Positions 50,101 through 62,564 of a DNA stretch of 64,000 nt are shown piece by piece. The translations under genes and the position numbers were made by a program. The notes beneath the pieces are model-generated. The model did no database searches and was not told the DNA's origin. It saw only the letters and a list, made by a program, of their open reading frames with translations. This stretch comes from Mobula hypostoma (lineage: Eukaryota). The DNA is taken from positions 225,124,001 to 225,188,000 of the forward strand of contig NC_086097.1 of the NCBI RefSeq assembly GCF_963921235.1, given 5' to 3'. The stretch's first letter is position 1. The number at the start of each line of letters is the position of its first letter.

Positions 50101-53100
50101 GCTTAATTTCCTATAACTAATGTGTTTGAATATATTCCCATTAATTTTTTTATTATCTGCAACAACAAGCGAAAGGAATATTCTTTGTAATACGATTTGG
50201 TAACCTTTGGCAACAATATTATCTGTCAAATGATTTGAATAATGATTGTATTGAAAATTTCATATGAGGCTAAGATTAATGGATATTATTATTGAATTAT
50301 CTGCACTTATATTTAGGTACATACTGTGATATTTTATTGTAAAGCTGCAGTAACATTTTTCAGGGATTTTGAAACTATTGGATATCATCTCATCAAATTG
50401 ACTATATATTTTGCTTTGTGTCTCAGAGTAATGTTTACAGACTAATTCCTTCCATGATATAACATCATATCTCACTTTTCTTTTATTGTAACAAAACTCA
50501 ACTAAGTATCACAGTGTTTCCTCTGTTGTTTTTGTTTTAATATACAGTAAATACATTATGACCCATCCATGTATGATTAAAAAGATTTGAAAAATGATCA
50601 GATTTTAGAAATAAATATGGAACAAAATATTTAAACAATTAAAACACAAAGTGTAAATTTTGTACATATTTGAATTCATTTAAACTTGAAGAGTGTAATG
50701 ATGGCTAGTTAGCTGGGGAGAAAATGAATTTATATTCTTTTTGGTGGAAATGTCATTGTTGAATCCTACTTTCATTTTAGAAGGCATTGAAATGGGCACC
50801 GAATCTGTGGGAAAATCACAGGTTAATTCATTGATTGCCCCTTGGAAATTACTGCTGTTAATTGTTAGGTAATTAACGCCATGCTGCAATTATGTTGGCC
50901 TTAGGGGGTGATTAATGTTTCAACATGTCACATTAGCACTGTCTGGATTCTAAAAGCATTCCTTTCACATTAGATTTACAGAACAGATGGTTTATTGTCT
51001 GTGGTAACATTTTTTTCTTTTATTACAATCTGAGTTAGACATCTTCTTTTTGTTTTAATCAATTAACTACTCCATTAGTTGTGCCTGAAAAATGATTGTG
51101 TAATACAAAATTATTCAGCCAGTAAACTATCAGAAACCTTGCCTGGTTTAGATTCAGTGGCTGCTCTTTTTTCCTCTTCGTAAATACTCCCTTCTTTTAT
51201 AGATTTGAATTTTGTGCCATGTGTCAGTATATCCAGAAAACCCTTCCGCAATTTGGTGCTTAGGCATTGAGTTGACATTGATCACATTGGCTGTGGACTT
51301 GTTGTGGCGATATCTCTAGCATTAACACCTCTGGCTAATCAGTCTGACAGAACTTGGACCCAGACGGAAAAGCCGATCACGTCCTCCGAAGAGGCTGAAT
51401 TGACAAGGCCGCCACCCCTTAAGGTCACATTTATCAAGAATTGCAGAGTCCTGAATTCCAAGCCAGTAACTATAAATTTACAACTAATTCCCATTTGAAA
51501 CAGAAGGGAATTTGCAATTTTAAAATGTCACTCTACAAATCCATCTGAATGGATCTTTTATTGAGTATTTATTGTTAATTTTGCTTGATGTTGTAGTATC
51601 ATTCTTGAGTTTAATATCACAAATTAAGAAACAATTTATTCTGTTAAAGTTAATGTGTTTAATGGTTTGCACATTTTGCTAAGAATAATAAGAGTAATGA
51701 CACTGACAAATTTCTAATTCATGGTTTACATTGTGCACAATATACAACACGCAGTACTGTCTTTCCTGACATCAAATTGCAAATTTAATTTCATTTGACA
51801 GCCTCATGCTGTGGTCACTGCATTAAAAGCAATGTGCTGTTATCCTGATTTGGGCATAACTAGTAGCAAATGAGTACTCAGCATGTTATTTGGCAATTGT
51901 TCTGAAAAGATGACATTTAGCATCTCCCAAAGAGAGCCCTGAAACTAGAGTCTAATTTGTACCATTATTAAAAATACGGGGGAGAAAGTGAACAAACAGA
52001 ACAACTAAATCACAAAATGTATGAAAGCATTACTGTAAAAGGAATCAAACAAAAAAAGGAATAGAAATGACTAATAATTAAGTACATGTGAATGAAGCAA
52101 AGACGTAATTTATAAAAATAGAGAAACGCACAGCTTTTTGTCAAATGAAACAAAGTAAGGTTATCAAATTTGAATGGATACAATAATCAGAATATAACAA
52201 AATTGCTGCCTATTACAATTGTTTATGTTTATCGATTTCTAGTCCTCATATATCAGTCAGGTGAACCGTTCTTCAATTGTTTTGGAATGTCTTTTTTATT
52301 TGACCTTGCTTTTGAGTGTAACTTTTTAATGTTTTATTTTAGACTTCTTATGAATTGAGATAAATGGCTGATGTATACAATTGTTTACCATGATTTGACT
52401 TGCTTAATATTGTAGTCACGTTTCTGTGTACTTTCACATTACATATTCTATTGTTTACTCACCATAAAGATAATACAGCTGAATCCACTTATATCCATTA
52501 TGTCATGCATTAATACATTTAATGCAGCAATCTGAGTTTAAGGAATACCTTTTTGCTTAGAGCTTGACAAATTATCTTCAAATCAGATTATATGTAAACT
52601 GTAGAGCTCCAGATCAGTTGACAAGAAATACAGAATACCAACATACATTTCTTACAATTCTATACCTGCTTGCTTTATACCTTTGATCTTCAAATAAATG
52701 ATAGTTACATACTTTCCAAGAAAGTAGTCTATTTTTGTTAATGAACAGACACCCTGGAATGAATTGGTAATGGCGGAGATGGGAATTGGGACAGATTTGG
52801 AGCAGTAACTACTTAACACCTGACATTTATGGTATTAAGTGTTTAACTGGAAGAAATATAATCTAAGAAAATGGCACTGTGAAGGAGTAGCTTATGTTAA
52901 CCAATTTTACACACATTTCCATGTGAGCTTATCCCAATCATTAAAAAAAAGATTGGACTCTTTGATATGACATTTCATGCATGTTAGTAGTATTATTCTG
53001 GTGTCCAACTTTTCAAATGATGTCAAGATTTGGGCAATGCCCAAAATGCGTTTCTGGCAGCCTTTCAACCATATTGATGTGAGTCGTAACTGTCACAGTT

Positions 53101-53269
53101 CACTCATCGAAGAAGTAGCTTTTAATAATGCTGAGATTTTCCAAAGAGATTTTCTTGCCTATGATCAAAGATAGACTTCTGTAAAACTTCCTGCCAAACA
53201 AATCGGTAGAAAGCTCACTCATACCTAGATCCCATTCTCCACATTGGTTTATTTTCCCTCACCCTTTCC

Positions 53270-53385
53270 CAGGTGTGATGACGGATTTCAGAACTGAAAT
53301 GTTAATGCTTTCACTTTTCCACAGTTGCTGCTTGTCCAGTATCTTTCCAGTATTTTCAGTTTACGTTTTAGATTTGCAGTGACTG
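53270..53385 (+). mobile_element. Ancient pLTR fragment
   Basis: TGATGA..TGAAATGTTAA..TCCACAGTTGCTGC..TTTCCAGTATTTTC. Confidence 0.5.
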
Positions 53386-54034
53386 AATAGTTTTTGTGAT
53401 TTTCACCACACCTCAAGATGGATCCAATAGATTTTGTCTCTGAATTAAATAGCCTGAAAGGTATAAAGAAATCCTGTTATACCTGAAATGGTTCCAGATT
53501 CTTTACATCAACAATTACTGTAAAAAGAATCTGATATAATAGCAGGAGTTTGCAGGGAAATATCTGTAAGGGGACAGGTGCCCTCATGAACTGGTGAACC
53601 ACAGCAGAGCACTGAGCCTGCCTTCAAAAATCCTGAGGCAAAAGGTCCCTGAGAGCACAGGATGACCTGACTTTGACTGTGAGAGCAATGCAAGCACTTT
53701 TGAGGGTTGTCTAATAAACAAATGCAAGGTGCTGGTATTCCGCTGTGAAAATCAGGCTCCATCTTGTTCTCAGAAACCTTGCCTCAGGATTGCCTCCACT
53801 GGAAGATGTTGTATTTGATTCTCCTCTGCACTGGCGAAGTCAGGAGCAGCTCTAGCAGTGAATGAGAACTTCCCGCTTCTGATGAAAGCAGCCATTGCAT
53901 CTACAACTGAAAGAGGCATTTGGTTGTAGCCCAGAGTTCCCAAAGGTACAGGCATTTGTGCAAAACACTCGTGCACTTACAGATGAATGTCCTGTCATAG
54001 CAGTGTTTAAACAAGGAGGTTGTTTCCTGTATGC

Positions 54035-54340
54035 AGCACAGAAGCGTAATGCTTTACAGTGCCAATGATCAGAAGATCAGTGATCGGAAGGTTCGATTCC
54101 CGCCATTGCCTGTATAATTTATACATTCTCACCATGACCGTATAGGTTTCCTCCCACATTACAAAGATATACGAATTAGAATTAGTAAACTGTGGGCATG
54201 CTATGTTGGCGTCAGTAGCATGGCAATACTTGCAGCCCCCAGCACGTCCCCAGACGGTGTTGGTCATTGACACAAACAGCACATTTCGCTATGTGTTCCG
54301 ATGTTTTGATGTGAATATGACAAATAATGCTAGTATTTAA
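54035..54340 (+). mobile_element. V-type tRNA SINE with Rex1-like tail
   Basis: GCTTTACAGTGCCA, B box GGTTCGATTCCC, GTTTCCTCCCACATT, tail ATGACAAATAATGCT. Confidence 0.8.
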
Positions 54341-54734
54341 TACACTGTTCTTCAGTTAGGTCTGTAGCTTCCTCTATTCCCTGGGAGGGCTATGCCACCC
54401 CTTCACTGGGGCATGAGATCACTCCTTGCCAATGCGCTCCAAGGACTGATAGAGTGCTTGTTCAGTTGTGGTGTGACCTTTCCGGAGCTACATACTAAAA
54501 TACGATGCAATCAAGTGGAAATATATGTACGTTTTTTCTAAAACAGAGCCTGCATTGTTTTGGCAATGGTAATAATAAGTTTTTCCATTTTGTTGGAACT
54601 TTTTGAGACAATGTTACCGAAAATGCTAAAATTGCTTTAGCACCAAAAAAAAAAGACACAGAATAATTTCCAGGTTGTATTTTAATGGGATTGGAAATAG
54701 TGCTCACAATTAAGTTAGTTATGCCATGCAATTC

Positions 54735-55300
54735 ACAGATTCATCTGAGGGAACTGTCCCACGTGGATTTATCTGTGAAACTGGACCATAGGGATTCATT
54801 TAATGGATGTGTAAAGGATTTCTTCAAGGAACTGGTCCACTAAGCTTAATCCAAGTGTTTCATTCACCACTACACATTTATTGGATTGAGGTGCATGGAT
54901 TCAAAGGATGATCTGAGGGACTGGCCCACAGGGATTCATCCAAGGAGTTGCTCCACAAAGATTCATGCAATGGATATCCACAGACATTCATCCAATGATT
55001 GATCTGTATGTGTACATTTATTGGATGTGCCCAATGAAAATTACTCAAGGGACTGGTCTATAGGGATTTACTCAATGGACTGGTGCAAAGTGATTCATCA
55101 ATTGAAGGGTTTACAGGAATTTTTTTCACAAAACCAGTCCTCAGGGATTCATTGATTTGACTGGCTCATTCAGACAAGGGACTGGTCTACCAAAATTCAT
55201 GCAATAAGCCAGACCACAGAACTTCATTCTAAGTAATGATTCATGCATCTTCATCCAAGGGGACTGATGTACAAGCCTCCATTAACTGGATTGATAGGAC
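54735..55300. repeat. Highly degenerate tandem repeat, period about 27 bp
   Basis: GATTCAT-like anchors at 54738, 54766, 54793, 54933, 54960, 55065, 55092 and 55146. Approximate consensus GGGATTCATCCAAGGGACTGGTCCACA. Confidence 0.8.
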
Positions 55301-55504
55301 TTACCAAATAATTTAACAAAGATGTACAAAAGCAGAAGAATATTCAGACGAAAGTAGCCCAATGAAGGTTATAAATGCGCTGTCCAATTGATCAGTAAGA
55401 TCATGCTGAACTACAGTGATTGTGAACTATCCGAGTTGTTTCTATTCCCAATTTTTTCTAGCTGCAATGTCAGTGGTAGGCACTGTATACCTGGAGATTT
55501 AATA

Positions 55505-55610
55505 TCCTGGAGGAACTCAGCAAGTCAGGCAGCATCTATGGAAATGAATAAACAGTCAAGGTTTTGGGGCTGAGACCCTTCTTCAGAACTGGAAAGGAAG
55601 GGTGAAGAAG
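55505..55610 (-). mobile_element. Penelope-like pLTR fragment
   Basis: CTGGAGGAACTCAGCAAGTCAGGCAGCATCTATGG...GAGACCCTTCTTCAG, giving minus-strand CTGAAGA. Confidence 0.8.
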
Positions 55611-58600
55611 TCCAAATATTGCTTCCAGGATGTTCAACCATTCATTTGCATAATTTCATTGAACAATACAAAGAAACAACAAAAAAGCAATTAACAATCA
55701 GAAGAATAATGATCCCTTCCTTTCACCTTCCTTTTTATGATGATGAAAGTAAATATAAAGGTTCCCTTAAGAAAGAATAAAGGGAGTAATGAATTACTGT
55801 TCAGGGAACATTTAGTTAAACAAATTACTCTTAAATGATCTTAACAGTTAAAACCAAGACAGTCTTCAATGCATAAAATTGCTTTGTGCAGTTATTATAT
55901 ATTTAACAGTTTTCTACAGCACATGCCAAGCTGAATTCTTTTTTATTTTTTTAAATAGCAGAATAGGCTGTTTACATTTTCTCTCACAGAAATTACTTCA
56001 GATAAGTAGATCGGGAATACATGCATCCTTTCTATAAGGGAAGCAAAGATTGTTATCTAGCATTCTATAGATGGGACATCCTTCAACATAAAAAAAAACA
56101 AAGGGAATATTCTATTTTCTTTGACAGCGATTTTGTGCATTTATGTAATTGTGCAGTCTTTATTAGATAGGAAGAATTTTATACAATGTATAAAAGTATG
56201 ATCATGAAGATGTATTGTTTGGTGAAATATTTACATTGCAAACAATGTAAATTTAAGATTTGTTAGCAATAGAGATAATATAGAAACAGTTATTCAGGTT
56301 TTCATATTACGTTTCAAGGTAATTTTCACTGCAAGTGTATGAGCCCGTATGATTTTTATGTTTGTAAATAATGAAAAATTGATATATGGTTGCAGAAGGA
56401 AATTTGCTAATCAGTTTGCAATGTTTTCTTACTTCTGTTTTAATTTTATATTATATTATGGTACACTGCCTCAATGAACATAGACAGGAATTAAAAATGA
56501 TTCAAAATTAAAATAAAGTTAGCTTCCTTCATTTTTACTTTAAAGAGAGCAAAAGAATAATTAAAACCAGTTGGCATGACCTAAATATTAATCTAAGAAA
56601 TTAATGTAAATTAGAATGCAGTAAACACGTGATGTTTTTGTTCATGCTTTATTTTAATCTGGCATTAGAATATTTTTGCTCCGATCGCATCACTTACTAA
56701 CCCAGGATTAATGAACAGAAGTCTGTGAACCCATTTCCTTCTTTGTACTTTTGTTGATTTATTTAGTTCAGCTGAGTTTCTGCTATACAGTATACTAAAG
56801 CTCAATTCATAGTCAAGTAGACTCAAAAGAAGTGGCACAGTTACACATCAGCCTTATATTTATCATAGTCCATATCTGACCACATTTACATTATCTGGTC
56901 CAGGCTTTATTTTCCCCAGTACCCAAGACATTCCATTTTACTATGGCTGTTTACAATGCATTAAACAATAATCCCACATTCTGGACATTCACCAGACTCC
57001 TAACTTCTTTCTGAACTTACTGAATCAAAGAAAGACAACAAATGAGACCCATTGGTCAAAAATCCCCAGTGATAGTTCCCCATACCCATAAATTTAAAAG
57101 CTTAAGCAGCTTAGAGCCTTGTCATTTATGCTAGAAGAATTCTAAATATATTGCATTTATTCCTCCTAGAAATAGGACAATTATATTCTATAAAAGAGAG
57201 GTTTAGAGAGCAGTAATGCACAATATTAAGTGAAAAAATTAAAGTAATTTCATAGTAGAATTATAGCATTAACTGTGCAGTTTATTTTGTTCTTTGATTG
57301 AAGAGTTTAAAATGTGGATGTTAATTGAAATTAAAGCCCCTGCATATGTAAGAATCTATTGCAAAATATCATCTTTTAGACTTAACATCATCGTTTGTTT
57401 AAGATGATTTTCTCTTCGAAATACAAAGCAGTTGCAATTTACTGACAATTTTAAGAGGTATGTTCCTTAGGTGTTGAGAAAGTGAAAAATCTAAAATATG
57501 TTGAATTTTCTACATCTTTCAACATCAAAGTGCTTTGATCTTTGTATTAGCAATGGTATGTACTCCATGTTGTAAGCCTATCAAATGAACTGTTCTAAAA
57601 TACTGTTCCTGGGCAAAGTTTCTTTTAAACTGTAGAAACTTTGTATTAAACATTAATGTATACATTAAATTAATGATTTCAAATAGACTTGTCAATTTAA
57701 GTTGCCTTGAGCATTCAAAAGGTTGAAAGGTAAGCATTGTAAGATGCTCATCAAAGTGGAAACCCAGAATTTGTACAGAGGATAGAAACTTCTAGAATTA
57801 ACATTAAATACTTGCACAGAATTTGAGTGTTTATAAAGAAGTTTGATTGAAAATATTATGGATTTTATATAAAGAAGAAGATTAAATATTTGATCTTTAT
57901 TAGGCATTAGATCAAAGTAAAGAGGAGAATCAAGGTGACAGAAAAACTGAGCAAAATAAATAAGTGGAAGCTGTAAATGTTTAACGGTTTTACCTCTTCG
58001 AAAGGACAGCTTAGTTTGGATGCATAAACTGAAAAAAATATTACTAGTAATGACCAAACAAAAACAGCTTACACAGCAAAAGCTTACAAAAGTGTTGAGA
58101 CCACAACCAGCAATTTATCACAAATGAGATAGCTTCAGAGCTGACAGATACCTGGAATTGTGGAGCGTCGCCTGCAAACCTCACAGTAAAGCAAAACAAT
58201 CATAAACAGTCACTGTGTAAACAAAATAGCATAACCTTATCACAAAATAGTTGTTCATCACGACTTCCAAGGATAAATTATTAGAATTGTTAAATTGAAA
58301 TGGAATCAAAAAATGACTTCAATGAATTAATATTTACATGTTGTCTTTTTCAGTGCAAGTATATTTTCCAAACCTTTGTTGAGATTTTTGTAAATTCTAA
58401 TGTAAAACTTAACAACAAACAGAAAAATAAATTAAATCAACAAATACAACTTTTAATTATACACACAGTAATTACATGTCAAGAATTGCAAAATCTCTTG
58501 AACAATACACAGAAACAGTATAGTCACAACGCAGTAATTTTGCTTCAGCAAGGGAAACTTATTTAGTAACAGCGAGACTAACCCAGAAGACATCCATGTA

Positions 58601-61303
58601 CCTATTATTGCTAAAATCAATAGTGTGCTGGTTAAATTGATCAACCAATAGGGGACAAATATGGAAGTGAGAGCCCTCATCTTTCTTTCTGAAAGGTGAG
58701 TGAACTTTGCAGCAAACAAAGCCACAATGTAAATCATTCATGGGTTTTATTTTAATTAACATCTGTGATAGCATAACAATCTTTAATAGGAACATTGACC
58801 AAAATTCAGCATAATTTTAGGAAATTTTTGTTATTTCTGTAAAATAAACCTGTAACATTGAATAAGACACTGAATCAGCGTTTTTAATTTGCATAGCATA
58901 TGTATTTAACTATAAAAAATCAATATGATCTTGCATTGCATGATCGAGGTATAGATATTACTATAATCAATAATGTTTGATTACATTTGAGCATTTTGAG
59001 CTGTGATATTATCACCTCCTGCTTTATTATATATCTTTGCTGTAATGCATGTTTGAGAATGGTATCACACAGCCTCTTCCCCACCCCACCGACACACTCC
59101 CTCCCCTATCCCACTTATTCCGTAGTGGGACCTGTATCAGTAAAAGAAGCTTGAGTCTTCTGCACTCTTCCCCTGACAGATTGGAAAAACAGTTTGTTCT
59201 ACTAAATTTAACAATGATATATCATTATCACAACTTTGGGAGGTAATCCATAAGATCAATAAGTTTATAGTCTAACTCGGATTTGGATTGCCTCCATGCT
59301 GAGTGGCTGCTATCCCGCAAGACATGTACAGTGAGCCACAGGCAATAGCAGTTCAACAAAAAGATGGGTTATACACTTATAACTATTGGAGATAAGAATT
59401 CCCTTTCCTAAACCCAGAGGTAAAATAGATTTTTTCCAAAGGCACCTCACAATCCTGACATGTTGTTCGATTCATTTCAAGTTCATCTTCTTATTTGAAA
59501 GATTTGGAAAAATTACAAAGTATTGACATGTATTTCATTTAAAATAAAAATATTGATAGTTGGGCTCATTAGGAAATGATCTTTCCTTGTAAGTAATCAA
59601 AGTGAGGATATCTAAAAATACACTTGATAAGTACAGAACAACATCTGTGATATTTCTAAAGAGCTGCATTTGGATGCAGAAACAGTTCAAATTTGCATTA
59701 ATTGAGAGATCAAGATTTGCTTGCCTGGGCCAAAACGAGTCCATTGTGCTTAAGGTAATTAGTGTTTGATAAACAGGTCTGAAATGAGCTAAGACACAGC
59801 TGTCTGTGTTTGTGGTAGAAGACGTATCAGTAGCTGTGCTGCAGCAATCGATTGGGTAGCTGTGACATCCCTCAAGCCATGTCACCAGAGTGAAAGAAAC
59901 CCCAAATTGACCAATAATAAAGTGTTGGAAGTTGTAGAAGCTGCCTCATGGGGTTTGTACTTGTAGAGGAAAGCACACCCTTCCCCCATTGCCATCAATC
60001 CTCCCTGAAGGACTGTATGTGGCACTAAATTAGCAAACAGCCTAACAGTCTAGAAGGGACATCTGTTTAATTACCTTCACCTTCTCCAAAACAAATCTTT
60101 TCTAAAAGAAATTTTTAAAGAAAAACTCTAAACACTATTTTGTCCAAAGTAGATTGTGTTTGCCATGCATCTTGAAACCTAAATGAAAAATATAAAAAAT
60201 TATTTGAAAATTTTAAGTTATTCCTGACACTGGAATAATCAAACAAATTCAGAATTTTTACAGTGATAATGTAACAAAAGTTTAGATTATTTAGCTCATA
60301 TATGTATATGAAACCCTCCTCCAAAATAAGCTTAAACTTTAATGTTTCTAGTGATTTAGAATATAACACTTTTTTTTAATTGTCCCAGTTTTTTTTGAAC
60401 TGAATCAAATATGTCAACAATTGTTAGCAATTTCTTCTTGATTTTTACTGCTCTGATTGTGTAGTCTTTTTCTGTCATGGGCCACTGACCATACAGAGCA
60501 TCAGCCGACTTTATATCAAAGACCAACAAGCATGGAAGCTGTTGGTGTTAGTGCATTGAAAACCAGTGACCATAAATATTTAATCCATCAAGAGCATCTA
60601 TGGACCTTGACTGAGTCTCTCATCTATTCAGTCTTTTAAGTTGCATTGAAGAAAGATTAAAACAGTACATCAGAAGTTCTTGTATGTACCGTAACACTAT
60701 GGAGTGTAATACAGGTAAATTTGGTTTCTTCAAAACTAATTAATTATACATCGTAAAATGCTTTTTAAAATTTTTATTCATCTAGTATAATCTATCAAAT
60801 ATTATAGGAATTAACAAATGATTACAATTATTAAAAATTTCCCTTGTTTTATGTCTCAACTAAAATGTAAATAAAATGTGCTTTATAAAACTAACACAGT
60901 TTAGTGCCAATTGATATATAGCTACTGTAGATCACAAGAAATAAATTGAAGCTTTTACTATATCAAGGACATTTTAGTTGATGATCATTTTCATATTTCT
61001 GTGAGATTTAATATGACTGATCTTCTAAATCTTCAAGGTACATGATGCACATAAATATTCATACAAATGCAAGTTTCTTTCTTGTAATTTAAATTGCTGC
61101 AAGAATAAAAGCAAATTGCATTTATTTACAGACTTTAACTTATTTAAATTTTTAAATATACTACAACATTTAATATTAAGCTGTGTGAGAACACAATACG
61201 GGCGCATCTTTGACAAAGTCAGTATTTAGCAGTATTTTAAGACAAGAATAGTATACAAAAGGCAATATTTAGGAAGGAAGTCCCAAAGATTGGGGCCTTT
61301 GTA

Positions 61304-61614
61304 AAAGGATCTACTGGTTTTCTGGTGTACAGGTATATGATGAATAAACTCTTCTCAGGCTTCAAGCCGGGTACAAGCATCAATTATAAGCGATGTTTCG
61401 ATGTCAAACTCTGCCATTTTCTTCAGAGATGATGCCTGGGTAAGTCTAGTCCAGTAGTATTTATACCTCCGTAGTCCGTCCCTCATGATTGGGTACTCTT
61501 CATCCAATCAGGTTTCCGCTCTCCCACCTTGCTTACAATCGCATTCCAGTTCTTACTTAGAGCGGGACCTTCGTCTTTGTTAAAATTACTTTCCTCTACT
61601 TTTAGTTCAATGGC
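61304..61614 (-). mobile_element. Penelope-like 3' fragment/pLTR with 14-bp TSD
   Basis: TTGGGGCCTTTGTA at 61290-61303 and 61615-61628. Minus strand encodes AIELKVEESNFNKDEG..LSKNW, followed by CCAAT, TATAAA and CTGAAGA..GAAAC. Confidence 0.85.
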
Positions 61615-61687
61615 TTGGGGCCTTTGTAGACAATGATGTCCTGGGTAAGCTAAGAGGCCTGAAATGAAAAAGCATAGCTTTCACAGA

Positions 61688-61960
61688 GGGATGCGTGGCT
61701 GAAAGAGCGGTTAGTGTAACACTACTACAGTTCCAGTGACCCGGGTCATCATTGCCACTGTCTGTAAGGAGTTTGTATGTTTTCCCTGCGACAGTATGGG
61801 TCTCCTCTGAGTGCTCCAGTTTCCTCCCACATTCCAAATACTGTATGTACAGTTGTACATGTTAGTAGGCTAATTGATCAGATGGGTGTAATTTGGTGGA
61901 ATGGGCTCATTGTGCTGAAAGGGCCTGTTACCATGCTGTATCTCTAAATAAATAAGTAAA
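61688..61960 (+). mobile_element. HE1-like SINE with CR1-type tail
   Basis: CGGTTAG, GGAGTTTGTATGTT, TGCTCCAGTTTCCTCCCACATTCCAAA, GGGCCTGTTACCATGCTGTATCTCTAAATAAATAA. Confidence 0.85.
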
Positions 61961-62194
61961 TGAAAGAAAGAGGCAAGACTAGATAGAGATTTGAAAACAA
62001 TCTTAATACTGAGGCATTGCTTTACTTGTAGATCAGTCAGCAGCTACATAACTGGTGAGTTGGAGTTTTGGATGGTATCTGTTCTGTGGAAACTAGGAGC
62101 AAGGCTGGACATGAATGTATTGCAGAAGTCACTATTAGACAAGGATACTTGCATTACATTGTTTCAAAGCACCGGATGGTCATTTGAATATTTT

Positions 62195-62370
62195 TGAAGC
62201 AGCAGACAATCTGCTGAAAGAACCCATCCAGCAGCATCACTGGGTGAATTTGGCCCAAAATGTCAACAATTCCTTTCCTCCCACAGGATGCTCCTCAGAC
62301 CACTGGGTTCCACCAGCAGGTTGTCCGTGGTTCCGCATTCCAGCATCTGCAGTCCCTTATATTTGTCTCC
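62195..62370. mobile_element. Older fold-back pLTR derivative
   Basis: GACAATCTGCTGAAAGAACCCA is inverse to TGGGTTCCACCAGCAGGTTGTC. Ends TTCCAGCATCTGCAGTC. Confidence 0.65.
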
Positions 62371-62409
62371 AAATATTTGTCGAACCCTTATTGGAAACAA
62401 AGCATGGGT

Positions 62410-62535
62410 TGGAGACATAAGAGAGTGTAGGTGCTGGGATCAGGAGCTAAACATAAGCTGCTGGAGAAACTCTCACTTTAAGTGAGACAAAGGATCAGTC
62501 AACACATCAGACTGAGGCCCTGCATCAGGTCTGTC
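62410..62535 (-). mobile_element. Ancient pLTR fragment
   Basis: GTGCTGGGATC..GCTGCTGGAGAAACTC..CCCTGCATCAG. Confidence 0.55.
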
Positions 62536-62564
62536 TGAAGGATAAGTTTTCAGTAGAAGTGAGA

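Noticed and set aside
54735..55300. CRISPR-like array
   Set aside because: Units are contiguous and degenerate with no unique spacers, there are no cas genes, and the context is eukaryotic.
57993..58165. Minus-strand micro-exon candidates of 35 nt and 20 nt
   Set aside because: Splice-like signals only with unrecognised peptides, expected by chance in AT-rich DNA.
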